Position numbers and translations under genes: made by a program. DNA of 46,559 bases, from assembly GCA_051942245.1 (NCBI GenBank), contig JAVECL010000132.1, forward strand, positions 1 to 46,559, read 5' to 3'. Shown here piece by piece: positions 13,133 to 25,393 of this stretch (the first letter of the stretch is position 1; each line of letters opens with the position of its first letter). Under the pieces are notes generated by a model that saw nothing but the letters and a program-made list of their open reading frames with translations, made no database searches and was not told the origin of the DNA. This stretch comes from Trypethelium eluteriae (lineage: Eukaryota).

Positions 13133-13811
13133 CGGTGCCGGTCGGGGATCTTGCCCCGCAAAGACATGGGGAATAGCAAGCAGCCGAGCTTTACTCTGTA
13201 GCTGAGATCTGACGATCGCTAAGGTACCTAAGCAGTGTCTGGCAAGATGCGCATTAACTCGAAACAAGCTGGAAACAGGAGTCAGGACGAAGAACGCAAT
13301 GATTATCGTAAACCCCTCCAAGAAGGAATGTCAGACTCGCCACAACCAACATGTTCGAGCTCGACGATCATCTTGGCAATAGGCAGCAGGTAATACTCAC
13401 GAATCATTCTCCGACTTTGACCCACTGCATTAACAGAACGATCTGGTTGAAACAATCCGTTAAGAACCGAGCAGATGACGACAAATCAGTGCAGTTACAA
13501 CTAGTGAGATCTGCCTTCATACGTCTGGATTGCGTGTTATCAGGCGTGTTCAGCCTTCTACGTAATGCAACTTTCGGCCCTGAATGGAACGGGGCGAAGA
13601 TCGGCTGCTTTGATCACATAGATTATGTGCTGCTGGATCTCTTTACACACGTCGAGTACTCATACACTTTTCATTGATGGGGGCTCAGAAAGTCAAATTC
13701 AAAGAGTGCATTGGCAAGAGTTGCTCAAAATCATTCGCCAAAGCGCCTCATACGTGGCTTTTTCATTACCTATTCTGCAGAGATGCAAACACCATCTCGC
13801 TGTTTTCTGTC

Positions 13812-15467
13812 CTAAACTTTGGCCTCATTTGGAGTAGACTCCTGACGATCTGTGAAATACTCACGTTTACCTTCAAGCTTCACGACAATGGTAGAAATCC
13901 ACCAAGTTATGAATGTGAAGAGCATGAGAGGTATTGTCGTCAACAGAAAAAACCGAATCGCCCCTGGAGAATATGTTCCAAGAAAGATAGCCATTTTCGA
14001 ATCGTTCTTGAAATCAATGATCGGTGTGCTCATCAAGCTCTGAGTGCGTGTTAGCATGGGCCATATTCAGGCGAAAAATTGACACTTGCAGATATAAAAG
14101 TGCCGGGGAGGAAGAACGTCGCCACCAGTGTGATGATCCTCATTGTCACAGTCTCTTCTTCGGTTCTCCTAGCAACAATATTCATTTGCTGAGTAAGTCT
14201 TTCCATTCTCATTGCAGAAAAGTGAGCTTCTTGAGACAGTCTCGTATTTGCTTGTGCGTTCCGATACTCAAGGCAGGACAGAAGAAGGGCCTTCCGGCCA
14301 GATAAAAGCCGCAATAGTGACTGTAACCGCGCTACTTGCAGATACAAGTCTTGGACCATGGACAGAACCCGTCTTGAAAATTGTCCGAGCTCGTGTTTGC
14401 ATTCGCGAATTGCAGGTTCTTCAGAACTTGCACTTCCAATATGGTCAGTGTAGAACGAGTTTAATTCGCCGAGGACGCTGATATTCGTGGTACAAATAGT
14501 CAAGGCCTCATCCGCCTTTTCAAACAGATGCTCACTCCGTTGTAGCTCTGCAAATGTGTACTGGTACGACTCTGGATCTACTGTCTTGGTATGGCTGGTC
14601 ATATTCTCCATCTCCGACTCCAAATACGTGGTGTACCATCGCCATTCTTCATTAGACCAGTCGCATATTAATAAGTGTGAGAGCAAAGATGCCGCAAAAG
14701 TAGCATAAGGAGCTTCAAGAGCCTCAGATAACTCAGGATCTAGCAGACTGGTTTGCTCCGTAATTCGAGTCTTGATCAAGTCATTGCCTTTCACAATGAT
14801 CCATGTTGTGCGGCCTGTTTGAATATTAAATGCATGGTAGACGGCCGTTTGTCTTATTGACCAAGGTCGGCGAGCGTCCCTTTGACTTGGCTCAGGCGAG
14901 CTCAGGCTGTAGCATAACTGGAAGCCTTGGTTGAAATGCCCAGTTTCGAGAAGATGTGCGTGTTTGGGTCGATCGTCCAAAGTCATCTCGCAGCAAAAAC
15001 CACCAAATTTTGCCTCAGTAGCTCTTTCTCTCTTACCAAAAGCTATTAAAAATTCAAGGAATCGTGGGATGACTTGGTGATGTGTTAAAATGGCCGTGAG
15101 CATGTCTTCAGTAATAAGGAGCTCCGCGCGCGAGTGCTTCCCTTGGAGGAAGATGAATCTACATAGCGGATCTTCCTTGGCTTTCTCTTGTGGAGTTTCG
15201 AGATGTTGGAGTATAGTCTCGTAAGAAATGGCTGTATGGATTTTGAAATCTATGAAACTCCGGTCAACGAAGACAGCAATGAAGACTTGTCTAGGATGTA
15301 CCTGTATCCACAAAGTCTGTTTCCCAGAAGATGACACTAGCGCAAGCTTCATTACAAAAGAGCCTTGGTGCATGATCCTGGAGCCGTTTGGTAAGCTTTA
15401 TGCACCGATGCTTATCATATCTGCGGAAATCTTTGCAAGAGTGCTTGAATATACCACCAGAAGCCAT
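13812..15467 (-). CDS. CorA/ZntB-like protein with two C-terminal TM helices and a degenerate GMN motif
   Basis: ATG 15467. Intron 15250-15301 (GT-AG) and intron 14040-14089 (GC-AG with GCTAAC branch). Motifs RFIFL..HSR..L.IT and WSIRQTAVYH, a long helical stalk, then MRIITLVATFFLPGTFIS-SLMST and a second TM FFLLTTIPLMLFTFITWW. Confidence 0.85.
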
Positions 15468-16134
15468 TGAATGCGTCGAGGGTATCACTGAAGCTCTAGG
15501 ATGAAGTGGTATTTTAAAATGATGTGCCAGCGTGCTCTACCGTCGTTGCGGTTGACCAACGAGATAGAGTGACCGAGCGTAAGAGGTACAATCTGTGTCA
15601 AGGATCTCTCGCGGGGCTTCGGACTGGCGCCACAGCTTTCTCATCCTTTTTCCAAAGGCTTTCATACGCAGGCAAAGGTATGAATGTGAGCTGTTGCGTG
15701 TGTCCACATCTCAACCCTCACATGACCGAGTCATGGTGGCGTAATGGATGTGATGGATCTTCACAGAAAGGGATTCGATAGCTAAGTGGCTGGCGGAGCA
15801 AGGCAGAGCTGGACTAAAACTAGGCGTGCGCCACCAGTCATCTATTCAGCCTTGTAGCCTAGTGGCAATTTTGTCGGATAGAAGATCTACGATAAGCACG
15901 AATCAATGAATTGCGCCCTTCGCTTCAAGGCTAGCTGGCGATCAACATAAGCCAGCTGAAGGCAATTATCTATTGTTCTTACATCTGCTTTGGATTCCTG
16001 CATAACGACAAATGGGGAGCGAGAAGCGAAGACCGTCGTTTCGCACACCAGGAGCTATCGCTGCACCGACCACCTTTGATGAAGACGATCCCATTGCAGA
16101 CACTCTCGATGCCGCCCAAGATTTTGACTGATGT

Positions 16135-16471
16135 TTATTCCTTCTCATCCCTTTTATCCATCAATTCATCTTTCTCCGCCTACCACAGTACTCTTCAGAG
16201 TTGATCAAACGGAAAGATATGTCCGGTCGGTGACTTACGTCGCTCAATTTCCTTGGAACATTGAACAGGAACTTGTCGTTTATAAACTACCCTATTAGTG
16301 TTGTCGAACAATGCCGGTGGATGCACTCACTTCGACCTTGTAATTGCCGTCTGGCTGATTTCCAAACTTTGTCCTCAAGAATTCCAAGACAACTCTTTTG
16401 TAGAGCCTGTAAGCATCTATCTCGTCGGATACCCAGCCTTGAGGCTTGTTAGGCTGCGTAACGAAACTCAT
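16135..16471 (-). CDS. 77-aa three-exon microprotein upstream of the CorA-like gene
   Basis: Exons 16471-16331, 16286-16239 and 16179-16135. Two phase-0 introns with GTGAGT and GTAAGT donors and TAG acceptors. Product: MSFVTQPNKPQGWVSDEIDAYRLYKRVVLEFLRTKFGNQPDGNYKVE-FINDKFLFNVPRKLSD-AEKDELMDKRDEKE*. Absent from the ORF track. Confidence 0.8.
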
Positions 16472-18094
16472 AGCTCGTCTAAAATTTCGTCTTTCAGCGT
16501 TTGTCTGAGAGCCGTGAATTTATCAGTAAAGAAACAGCTCAGAGGCCGATTGATAGCGAGATGAAGGCAAGTTTGTGAGATGTATCCCGCCCGACTCCAC
16601 TTTATGTACCTGTACGAGTTGGGTTTACTCTGTTTGCGCGTAAGCCACGCTATCCCGTCGCCATGTCAATGCCTAAAGACCCACGTTTCTGCCTGCCAGC
16701 CTTGCGGACTCAGCAAAGCCTTCTTCGTTAAGCCTCACACTCTCCGTTGATTATGGCCAAGATTTAAATGTACATCGCAAACGACATCACCAGAATCTTC
16801 ATATCTAGTACTGAGGAAGCGGAAGGTATGCAAAATTATAAATACAAACATCTTTAACAAGTATGCTCGTGTTGTCCATGCCTCCCAAGTAACCGGCGCC
16901 CGTTGATCGGACCAAGTCATCAAAGCGAATCCCTTTTTCTTCGCCATTGCAACTATTTGCTGACGTGTGTGCTAGCTCATCTGGATCGCCTCTCTACCAC
17001 ACTATTTTCCCAGCAATCATAATCGCAATCCGATCAAGATCCATCGAAACTTTGCTGAACGTATAGCTCTAAGCCCGATCTAGCATCAAACATACCCGCA
17101 CAACGATTGTCTATCCAAACATCTATAGCACCGCAGATCCCTGGTCCTTAATTGTATCGGTCGCTGGTACTTGATTCCTTTTGCTGGTACAGAAGCAATA
17201 CAGAAAGTCCAGATACAGCATTGAAAGCGGGGAGGCATCATAATCGCAATGGAGGACCTTGGTGGAAAGCACATCGCCAAACTTTGCCAGTACACTTCTG
17301 GAAGACGTAGTCATTCCGAAGCATGGCCGCAGGCGTTGGGGAAAGAGCTGGGATTATGAATCGTCCATGACATGGCCGTACGGGAGAAGCCTGCGAGCCT
17401 GGAGAGGGAAAGAATGTTCATCTCCTTGATAGGCTTTTGACGGCAACATAACAATTGGTAGGCTTCATATCGCGCAGATCATCCTTGGTGACTACTACGA
17501 AGACGACTTCGCTGCTCACTGTGGACTACTGCTCTTCACTAGAGTAACAGGCATTGCTACATCAAAAGTACAGTGGACACGAACCCGATGAGGTGCCAGG
17601 CGCAATGAATTTGCTTCGATTTGCGACCCCTGAGTAATCTTTCTTTCTAATATTGAAGTGACGAGTCATCTTCAGGTGCGGTCGGATAATTCAAAATCAA
17701 ACCTCTCAAAGTCCTGCGAGTCTGGACGCAATCGAGCAAAGACCTGACGATGTCTGAATAGGTCTACTCCGCCGCTGGACGGAGAGAGATCTAAGATTGC
17801 ACGACTTATCAAGTAGCTGCCGGTTACTCATGAAGATGTGTGGAGTTTTGACGGTTTGACCTACGGAGAAAGAAGTTGCAGTTCCTACTACTGGTACTAC
17901 GTAGAAAGTTATTGCAATATCACAAGGCTCAAACATAATATCAATCAATGGATTCATCAAGGGATTCAAGACTGCATTTGTACTCAGATATTTTACTACA
18001 GACTAAGCATTCCCGATTCAATTCTGTATGCACCTGCATCTAGCCTTCAGCCCTCCCTTACACCTAGGAAATGCCCGCGCTATCTTCATCTCTC

Positions 18095-19121
18095 TTAAGA
18101 CACATCATAGCTCCGGCCATCGATATCTATCTTGCATGATGCAATCTCGGCCATCAATGTCCAAGAAAGGTCCGTTGCTAAGGTAGTTCCGTCGCTCGTA
18201 TACCTCATCAGTCCCCTTTCCACCATTTCTTCTCTGCAATTGACCAGACCCACACGGAGGTATTCTAGGAACTCGGTCCGCTTTTCAAGATACTGTTCTT
18301 CAGGCAAGTCAATGATTCGGTCGAGTTTTTGATCAGCGACAGTCTCCCATTTCAACAATGCCCGGTCCATCGCTAACGCATAATGGCAATCCAGAGGTAA
18401 CGCGAGCTCATGAGTAGTCTCGGGTTTGAAATACTTTACTGACCGTACTTGTTTGAGTTTCGCGGAGCCGATTGGGTTCTTGCCAACGAGCTTGCGTACG
18501 CGGGAGGAGAGGTAATCTGAAACTGGTAGAACGGTTTCGTGAAAACCAAATTGGTGGCCCGTCAAATCGATGATGTATTGCTCTCCACTTTTCAAGATGA
18601 CGCGGAAAACCTGATGAACGAAGTCCGCTGGCGCGGACTTGTCTTCGACGCTATAGTATCTAACTTCACGGCGAGTGTTTTCGAGCTTGCAGTCCAGTTC
18701 ATCAACGGTAGTTGCGATACCTGTTGTTACGCCAATTTCAGCATCTGATATAAACATCAAACTCACACCTTCTGTAAGATCTCTGCATGCTTCAAGACAC
18801 TCTAGAAGAAATCTTACCTCGAAGAGTTGCATTGACAAGCTCAGTTGTGTATGCTATAGCTTCCATGCAATACAGAGCCGTCAGCACCGCCGACTGGTCG
18901 TTTGGTTCAGAAACCAACGACCGATCGAAATCATGCGCAATATAAGACTCCTCACGCGGTGGCCCCTGGATTGTTGTCGAAAAACCATTCCATGTAATAG
19001 CTTGTATTTTATTTTCAAAGCCATGAATCCGAAAATTCAGGAGTGCCTCTTGGATGAGGCTAACACCCCGGAACAGGGCCTGCCTCATCCGCTGAGCAGA
19101 AGCCTCCTGATTTTCTGCCAT
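18095..19121 (-). CDS. Uncharacterised fungal protein with an IDLTGxQFG motif
   Basis: ATG 19121; donor GTAAGA at 18817, most plausible acceptor 18721. Motifs SAVLTALYC, HQVFRVILKSGEQYIIDLTGHQFGF. I recall this motif from fungal MYND-finger proteins, but no MYND finger is visible here. Confidence 0.7.
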
Positions 19122-19674
19122 ACTGATAAGTGATAGGTGGTTGAGGAAATGGTAGAGGAAATTGGTAGAGAAAGTTGGTAGAGAAGGAGGGGAATGGAGA
19201 AGCTAGGAGAAGTCCGGGAAAGTTGGAGAATAAAAAGGTCGGGTGACGACTCCGATGACTTATCGTCATTGTGGAGAGCGAAAGTGAGCATGAGAGCGAG
19301 AGAGGCGTGTAGGAGTTGCCTGAAATGTGCTCGCCTAACATCTGGTGCCACTAGAATGCTCTGTATCTCACCTTCTGCGCTTCCTTATCTGGAACCTTGA
19401 CATTCTGGTATGGTAATCCTTATTACAAGGAGACGAGAATATCACATTGCAACATGGACACAACATCTGGAAGACTTCCACGAGTTCCCATGCTTAGAGA
19501 ATGTCAACATCCTGATTGTCCTCCTGACAGTCAGCACCCTCTCCCAAGCCCTACCTCGCCATAGTACGCAAATCCTCCTATTTAGTTTGTGGAGCCAAAA
19601 TTCACCAGGAAATGCATGTCTAAAAATCGGAGATTAAGCAAACTGCTTTGTTTGTTCGTACACTATTAGTGTAA

Positions 19675-22574
19675 TTAATTCAAGAGTGAAATTACAACGG
19701 TCACAATCAACACCCACAGACTCCGTTTTCTTCTGACAACACTCTCTGGCCCGGACCCAGAGGCTTGGATGGTGCTTGCTGGAGTTGCATCTGAGGTGAT
19801 ATAGCTTACTGTATCTGTGCTGGTGCTGCCTAAACCGATACCGCTTGCGACATAGTTGCCTACGCCAGTCGTGAAGGCACTTGGACGTAGTGTCACTGTC
19901 TTTCCATTGATGATTACCGCAGTTTCTCCGGGTTCCAATGAGAGGGTGCTACCCGAAATGATTGTCTCTTGGCCTGGATACAGAGTATGCCCATCGGATA
20001 GGATGATGCCCTGCCCGTGTGGCGCATACGAGATCGAAATGATCTTTGAGCCAATCGTGATGGATTGCTCCGCCGCTGGCGCCGTGAGAGGTATAGTTGA
20101 AGAGCCTTCAAGCATATAACCTTCTCCTGAGGGAAGGTAGATAGAAACACCGTTGATTGTAGTGGGCTCACCAACCGATATAGTTTTACCGCCGGGGAGA
20201 ACGATACCAGCACCATAGGGAGCATAAGAGATAGGCATCATTTTTCCTCCGATGTTGATAGACTGTGGAGCAAACAGAGTTGCCACAGAGTCCGTTATAG
20301 GGAGTGTGGACGCTCCTAAGCCGTTACCAACGATCACAACACCTGCAGGCACGCCGCTTGTGTCGATTGGTATGGATATTGAAATTCCATCGAACGTTTT
20401 CGCATAGCCTGGAGTCACGGTTTCAGAGTCTGGTAGAACGATAGCACCAGAAGGGCCGATAAAGGCAGAGATAGTGGAGCCATCACCGACAGGCAAGTAG
20501 ACTGCAGGACCGATTGAGCCGCTCTCACTGTCATCTGCTGCGATAGATTTTGTTCCTGCATATAATGGACTGTATTTGATAGCAGAACCAGAGACCGGGC
20601 TCAGAGACATCAAGCTCATGCCAGAGTCTGTTTCGGAATTTTTAGCACCTACTATATGGCCCAAATCCAATGAATCGAGTGGCCAACTACCTATTCCCGA
20701 TTCCGAGCCAAGGCCTGGCCCCAAGCCAGGACTCAATTGAGTAGGCGCCACGGTACCCTGAGGCTGGGAGATGCGTTGAGCAGCAGCGCCGGAAATTGCA
20801 GATGCAATACCTTGCAATCCTCCGAGCTGGTCGTCATTGGAGCCGCCGTTACTGCCAGGACTCCCAGTGCCGGGCCTCGAGTCGTCACCATTGCGCAGAC
20901 CAGAAGCCTCGTTGCTCTCAGGTACTGATCCTTGAGATCCCATTCCCGGAGACTCCTGAGCACCGCTGCCCGCGCCGTTATCGCTTTCTGGCCTGGAACT
21001 ATCCTGTTTCGGGCTGCCGCTGTTGCTGCTTCCCGGGTCGCTTGGTCCGCGACCTTCCGAACTTGGATCGCCACTATTGCTGCCCGAGTCACTATCGGAG
21101 TCGCTCGGACTGCTGCCCTTTGACGCGAAGCTGTCAGTCCCAGAGCTACCTGACGCACCAGAATGCTGAGCACTTTGCGGTCCGACTGGAGTTGATGGAT
21201 TCGGGAAACTGGATGGGCTGGCCGGTGTTGGTGGGTTCACTGGCCAAGGCGGTCGCACTGGTGACGGCTGGACTGTGGGCGTCGGCATGGGTGCGGGAGA
21301 TGGAAGGGGGGGATTGGGTGCTGGCTCGGGCGATGGTGAATTTCCGGTCCCAGGGGCGTTACCAGGCATCTTTATGGTCGAGCTCCGTGTGTCAGTGAGC
21401 TCATTGACTGGAATATGAACGGTAGGCTCTCCAAATCCCCAGCCCCCGATACAACTAGTCAGGTGTGGAGATGCTTGTGTGATTGACGGCAGAGATACAA
21501 CATAGTCAACGAGACTTTGCGGAATCTATTCGGCGTCTGGTTAAAGAGGGACACGACTTGTGTGTTTTGGCATGGGGTGGTCTTACATCTAATACGTTTG
21601 TCGATGGACCCATGTTTTCGTTCATATATAGGAAACTAGTATTGATGTAAAATACGTCCAAAAGCATAAATTGGAAGGGATTGGGGCTTGGATAAGAGCA
21701 GATCCAGGAGCCACCTGAGCTAGCCTGAGACGGCGTTCCGTAAGTGAAACCAACATCCGCATATTGCCAGAAAGGAGTCGGAGAGGTACTACATGCCATT
21801 AGTAGAGTCATCGCGTAGCTTTAACAGTCATACTGACATTGTTAGGGTCTTGTCAAGGATTACCTCGGTGCCACTGAGAATAAAGGTGCCGTCATAGTCT
21901 TGACCTCCATTATTGTGCGCCAGCGTGGTAGGGACACCTGGCAATGTAGGAAGAAACAAAAGACTCCCTCCCCCTGCCTCGTTAACAAACAAGCCATACA
22001 GGTTTACCGTATTTCCGTCACCTAACAAAACACTGGTCGCACTGTGGTTATGCACAGTTGTTACGTTGCCTGTCACAATGGTGTTCTCGTATTGAATGTA
22101 GCTACAGCCTGTTAGATCGGTCTTTCTAAACTCTAGACGAAAATCGGAGAGCTCACTTTGTGATGACTGTAGCGACAGTGACGTCGTAACTTGAGGTCCA
22201 CCATCTGATCAAAGGAATGAGCAATGCAGTTTTGGAATTGGTGGCTGGACTCGAATACACACTCGTTCAGAGCCACGTTAGTTGCGCAAAGCTCGCAGCA
22301 GACGCTTGTGGGGGTAATGGTAGGAGTCGTTACGTTCGAAGCTCCAGTGAAGTTTGTCGAGATGTTTGCCGTTTTCGTTTCCGTTTGCAACAATGCTGGA
22401 TCAGAGTCTATCAGCATATCTTAACCTTAAATAAAAACCTTCAATAGATTGCAAGTGGCACGCGAGGTATAGTTCGAGCATGTTACTTAACCACATACAC
22501 GGGAGGGAAAAGACTGTGTCTGTACAGCCAGTTATGATTATTCCGACAATGAGGAGGAAACGCCGCGGCAACAT
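19675..22574 (-). CDS. Mucin-like Ser/Thr/Pro/Gly-rich cell-surface protein, probably GPI-anchored
   Basis: Signal peptide MLPRRFLLIVGIIITG at ATG 22574. About six exons link SVCCELCATNVALN, TSPTPF and SCIGGWGFGEPTVHIPV to the large Pro/Ser-rich exon with LxPG..TI.G repeats. Hydrophobic C-terminus SLWVLIVTVVISLLN*. Confidence 0.75.
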
Positions 22575-24673
22575 TAGGAAGATCTGAAAGATGGATACTT
22601 CAAGAGAAAAAAGATGAGAGGAGGTTGCTCGGTCAAGGGAAGAAGGCTCGAGATGACTGACACGCTTTTGGTGATCCCCTTCCGAACTCACAATATCGGA
22701 AGCAATGCTGACACATTCTTCACCGGTCTAAAAACTAGGCTGACGTGCACTTGGAACGATGTACAAAAAAGCATATCATCGCCGTTAGCAATGCGACATC
22801 TGGATAGCACCTGATGCCTTGTTGTTCCACATTGCCTTAATTTTGTATTTGGGTTGGGAGCCAGCTGACTGGCTTGGTCTTCGAAGCTGTGGTTGCGCCA
22901 AGGGTCTGTTTATAAACTCGAAATATCTATCATTGCCTTTGTAATTAAATCTAGTGTGAGCATGGCTCCAATATACCGGAATACTGCAACTTACTGTATA
23001 ACCAATCCACTAGCCAAAACTCTTCCGCGATCCGTCTGTTCGCAAATCAGTGCGTCAAATGTGGACGTCTACCATTTTCCAAGGATTTCCGGGTACCCAA
23101 GGAGAGACAGTCATCAATCCAAGCACTTGGCATGCTTGGCAATACTTCATAATATAAAGTGCGTTCGACTTTCGTGAGCATAAAAGGCAAGAAGTCCGCA
23201 GTGCGTCGCGCTAGCCCCATGCAATGTCCTGATCAAGCTGGGTCGCCGACCAGCTGCAATAAGAGCTCTAAATAGACCATGGCACACTTGTTCTTAGGCT
23301 CAGCTTTCATTTTCGCGGTCGCATCGCGCCCACACGAAACCGAACTACGGTATGCCACATTGTTTGTTGCGAGATCTTTACTGAGCAAAAAGGAACGCAC
23401 GTACTATACTACCGGATTTTTTGTCAAAACGAGAGAGCTATTCATCTTTCGTTTCGACGACTAGGACGATATCGCTCTGAGGACCGAATGTAAATGCTTG
23501 CCCATGTGCCTTAACGATGGAAAAGGTATGCCGAGAAGAGCACAGCTGAAATGAGGTCACGAAGACAAATGGCGTTCCCCTTTGCAAGATGGCTGTTCTG
23601 GCCGGCAGGCTTCGCGTTTCATCGCCACGAGCGTTTGTACTACAGGTATACTCCGTACACGCAAGTGATGACTTCATCCGCAGGCAATTCAGTGCTCTCT
23701 TGAGTTGGTGCAGGAGTCCGTAGGCGGGTAGCGAAAGAGAAAAGCCACACTTTACGTTCCCCGCACCTCGCTCGAGATCAGCTCAAACGGCAGCTGTTTG
23801 CATTGGCGAACCGACGTCATCAACTAATCTTGCCATGATCTGGCTAGTGAAACTTTGGCCATGACATGGAGGTACGCCTCAATGAGTGCTGGCCTTGGAG
23901 GAGTGGCTCTGCCGATATCGTCCCGCATCTCGCAAAATCTTTCTGATATTCGAAAGAAAAGTATTCCATCTGCACTTTTACGAACATTTTCATATTTCAA
24001 ATCTTCAATTCGCAGAGGGAAATCAGAGTCACATGACGTGCTTACTCCATCGCAAAGTTAAGGTAAGGTACGATACTTTATTGTGAGATGCTGGTGCTAA
24101 GCAGCATCCTCCGCGGAGACGGTCCCTAGGCTTCCAAGCTCAAAGTCTGTAGGCCGAAACTCGGCGTCGGATTCAGCTGTTCCGCAACTCGGACTTTACA
24201 GCGATACCGCACAGTGGTCGTAAGCATGGCTCTATACATGTAGAATATGAATGTATGATTATAATTAACCAAATATATGTAATGAGAGATTAGACAAAAC
24301 TGAGGATAGTTATGCAGTTATTTATCCAAACCAATCCAAATTCAGAATAGCCCGAATATGTACGGAGGTATAAATTATCCCATTGGGTACTTGGTTATGC
24401 TTACGAACCTGACTTACCTCATCAAATCTTGAGCAATAGAGGATTGTGACAAGCAGCATCTGACAAATGCACACATCTGTATACTTCCGATCACGGCGCT
24501 ATTAAATTATTTAAGAGATTATATAAAAGTTGCACTGCATTGTCCTGTTACACTCTCATTCTCTTTAGCAAGAGTTCCACGACCACCCACTGCTTGCGTG
24601 ATCATAGTGTTGAAACCACATACCCACCTATTAAGGACGCGAGATCCTTAAAGATTCCTCACAGTATCCCAAG

Positions 24674-25393
24674 ATGTCCCAGAATCTTCTCGTAGTGGTC
24701 GGATCCGGGCCCGGTATTGGCCTCTCGACCGCCTCCCTCTTCGCCAGCCATGGGTTTTCCATAGCCCTCATCTCCCGCAACGCCGAGCGCCTACAATCCG
24801 ATGTAGCTGCCGTCCAAAAATCCGTTTCACCTAGTAGCACCATCAAGGCTTACTCGACCAATGTGGGCGACTCCTCAGCCCTGAGTTCTACCCTCTCGCA
24901 AATCCAATCCGAGCTCGGCACTCCGGAAGTCGTCCTCTTCAATGTCGCAAGGATCCAGTCGTCCACCATCGGCCAGGAGCCAGTTAGGAATATCAGGGGA
25001 GATTTTGAGAGTATGAATGTCGGACTGTATGTCACTGCGACTTGGGCGCTGCCTTTGATGGAGGATAGGGCGAAAGGGAGGGGAAAGGGGCCGTGGCCCA
25101 GCTTTTTGCTGTCGGGAGGTTTTGTGGCGGAGGATCCGCGAGAGACCGTGTTTGCGTTGAGCATGCAGAAAGCGATGCAGCATAATCTGATGAAGAGCCT
25201 CTGGAGAGTGCAGATGCATAAGAAGACTGAAGAAGGGCCCGTTCACTTCGGAGTTTCGAACATCGGAGGGCATGTGGGTGATGAGGAGCCCGTGCGAACG
25301 GCGAGCAACATTGCTGGGGTTCATTGGGAACTGTATGGAGAGGAGAGGCAGAATTGGAGACAGCAGGTTGACATTGGGGTGGAGAAAAAGTAG
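24674..25393 (+). CDS. Short-chain dehydrogenase/reductase (atypical)
   Basis: Intronless 239 aa; VVGSGPGIG Rossmann motif, ALISRN, VLFNVA; the YxxxK position reads LSMQK. Confidence 0.88.
   Translation: MSQNLLVVVGSGPGIGLSTASLFASHGFSIALISRNAERLQSDVAAVQKSVSPSSTIKAYSTNVGDSSALSSTLSQIQSELGTPEVVLFNVARIQSSTIGQEPVRNIRGDFESMNVGLYVTATWALPLMEDRAKGRGKGPWPSFLLSGGFVAEDPRETVFALSMQKAMQHNLMKSLWRVQMHKKTEEGPVHFGVSNIGGHVGDEEPVRTASNIAGVHWELYGEERQNWRQQVDIGVEKK

Noticed and set aside
10481..15467. CorA and kinase as one fused gene
   Set aside because: CorA has a clean stop at 13812 after TM2 and the kinase has its own ATG at 13132 after a 680-bp spacer.
17100..17560. Minus-strand fragments resembling a kinase N-lobe (YVAVKSL, KEMNIL)
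   Set aside because: Short, in different frames, with no recognisable catalytic loop or DFG; could be a relic but cannot be supported by eye.
19130..19230. Purine-rich GGTAGAG repeats sharing GAAAGTTGGTAGAG with about 25398
   Set aside because: Low-complexity UTR-type sequence; a 14-bp match is not convincing in such biased composition.
20733..21398. Long alternative-frame and antisense ORFs over the mucin-like gene (and similar shadows over other genes)
   Set aside because: By-products of GC-rich, low-complexity coding sequence on the real strand.
23280..24020. Coding-looking minus-strand fragments (PLRIEDLKYENV...)
   Set aside because: Multiple stops and no identifiable family motif.
24220..24530. 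AT-rich patch faintly similar to the hAT MITE interior
   Set aside because: No TIR or TSD found; may simply be the SDR promoter (TATATAAAA near 24520).
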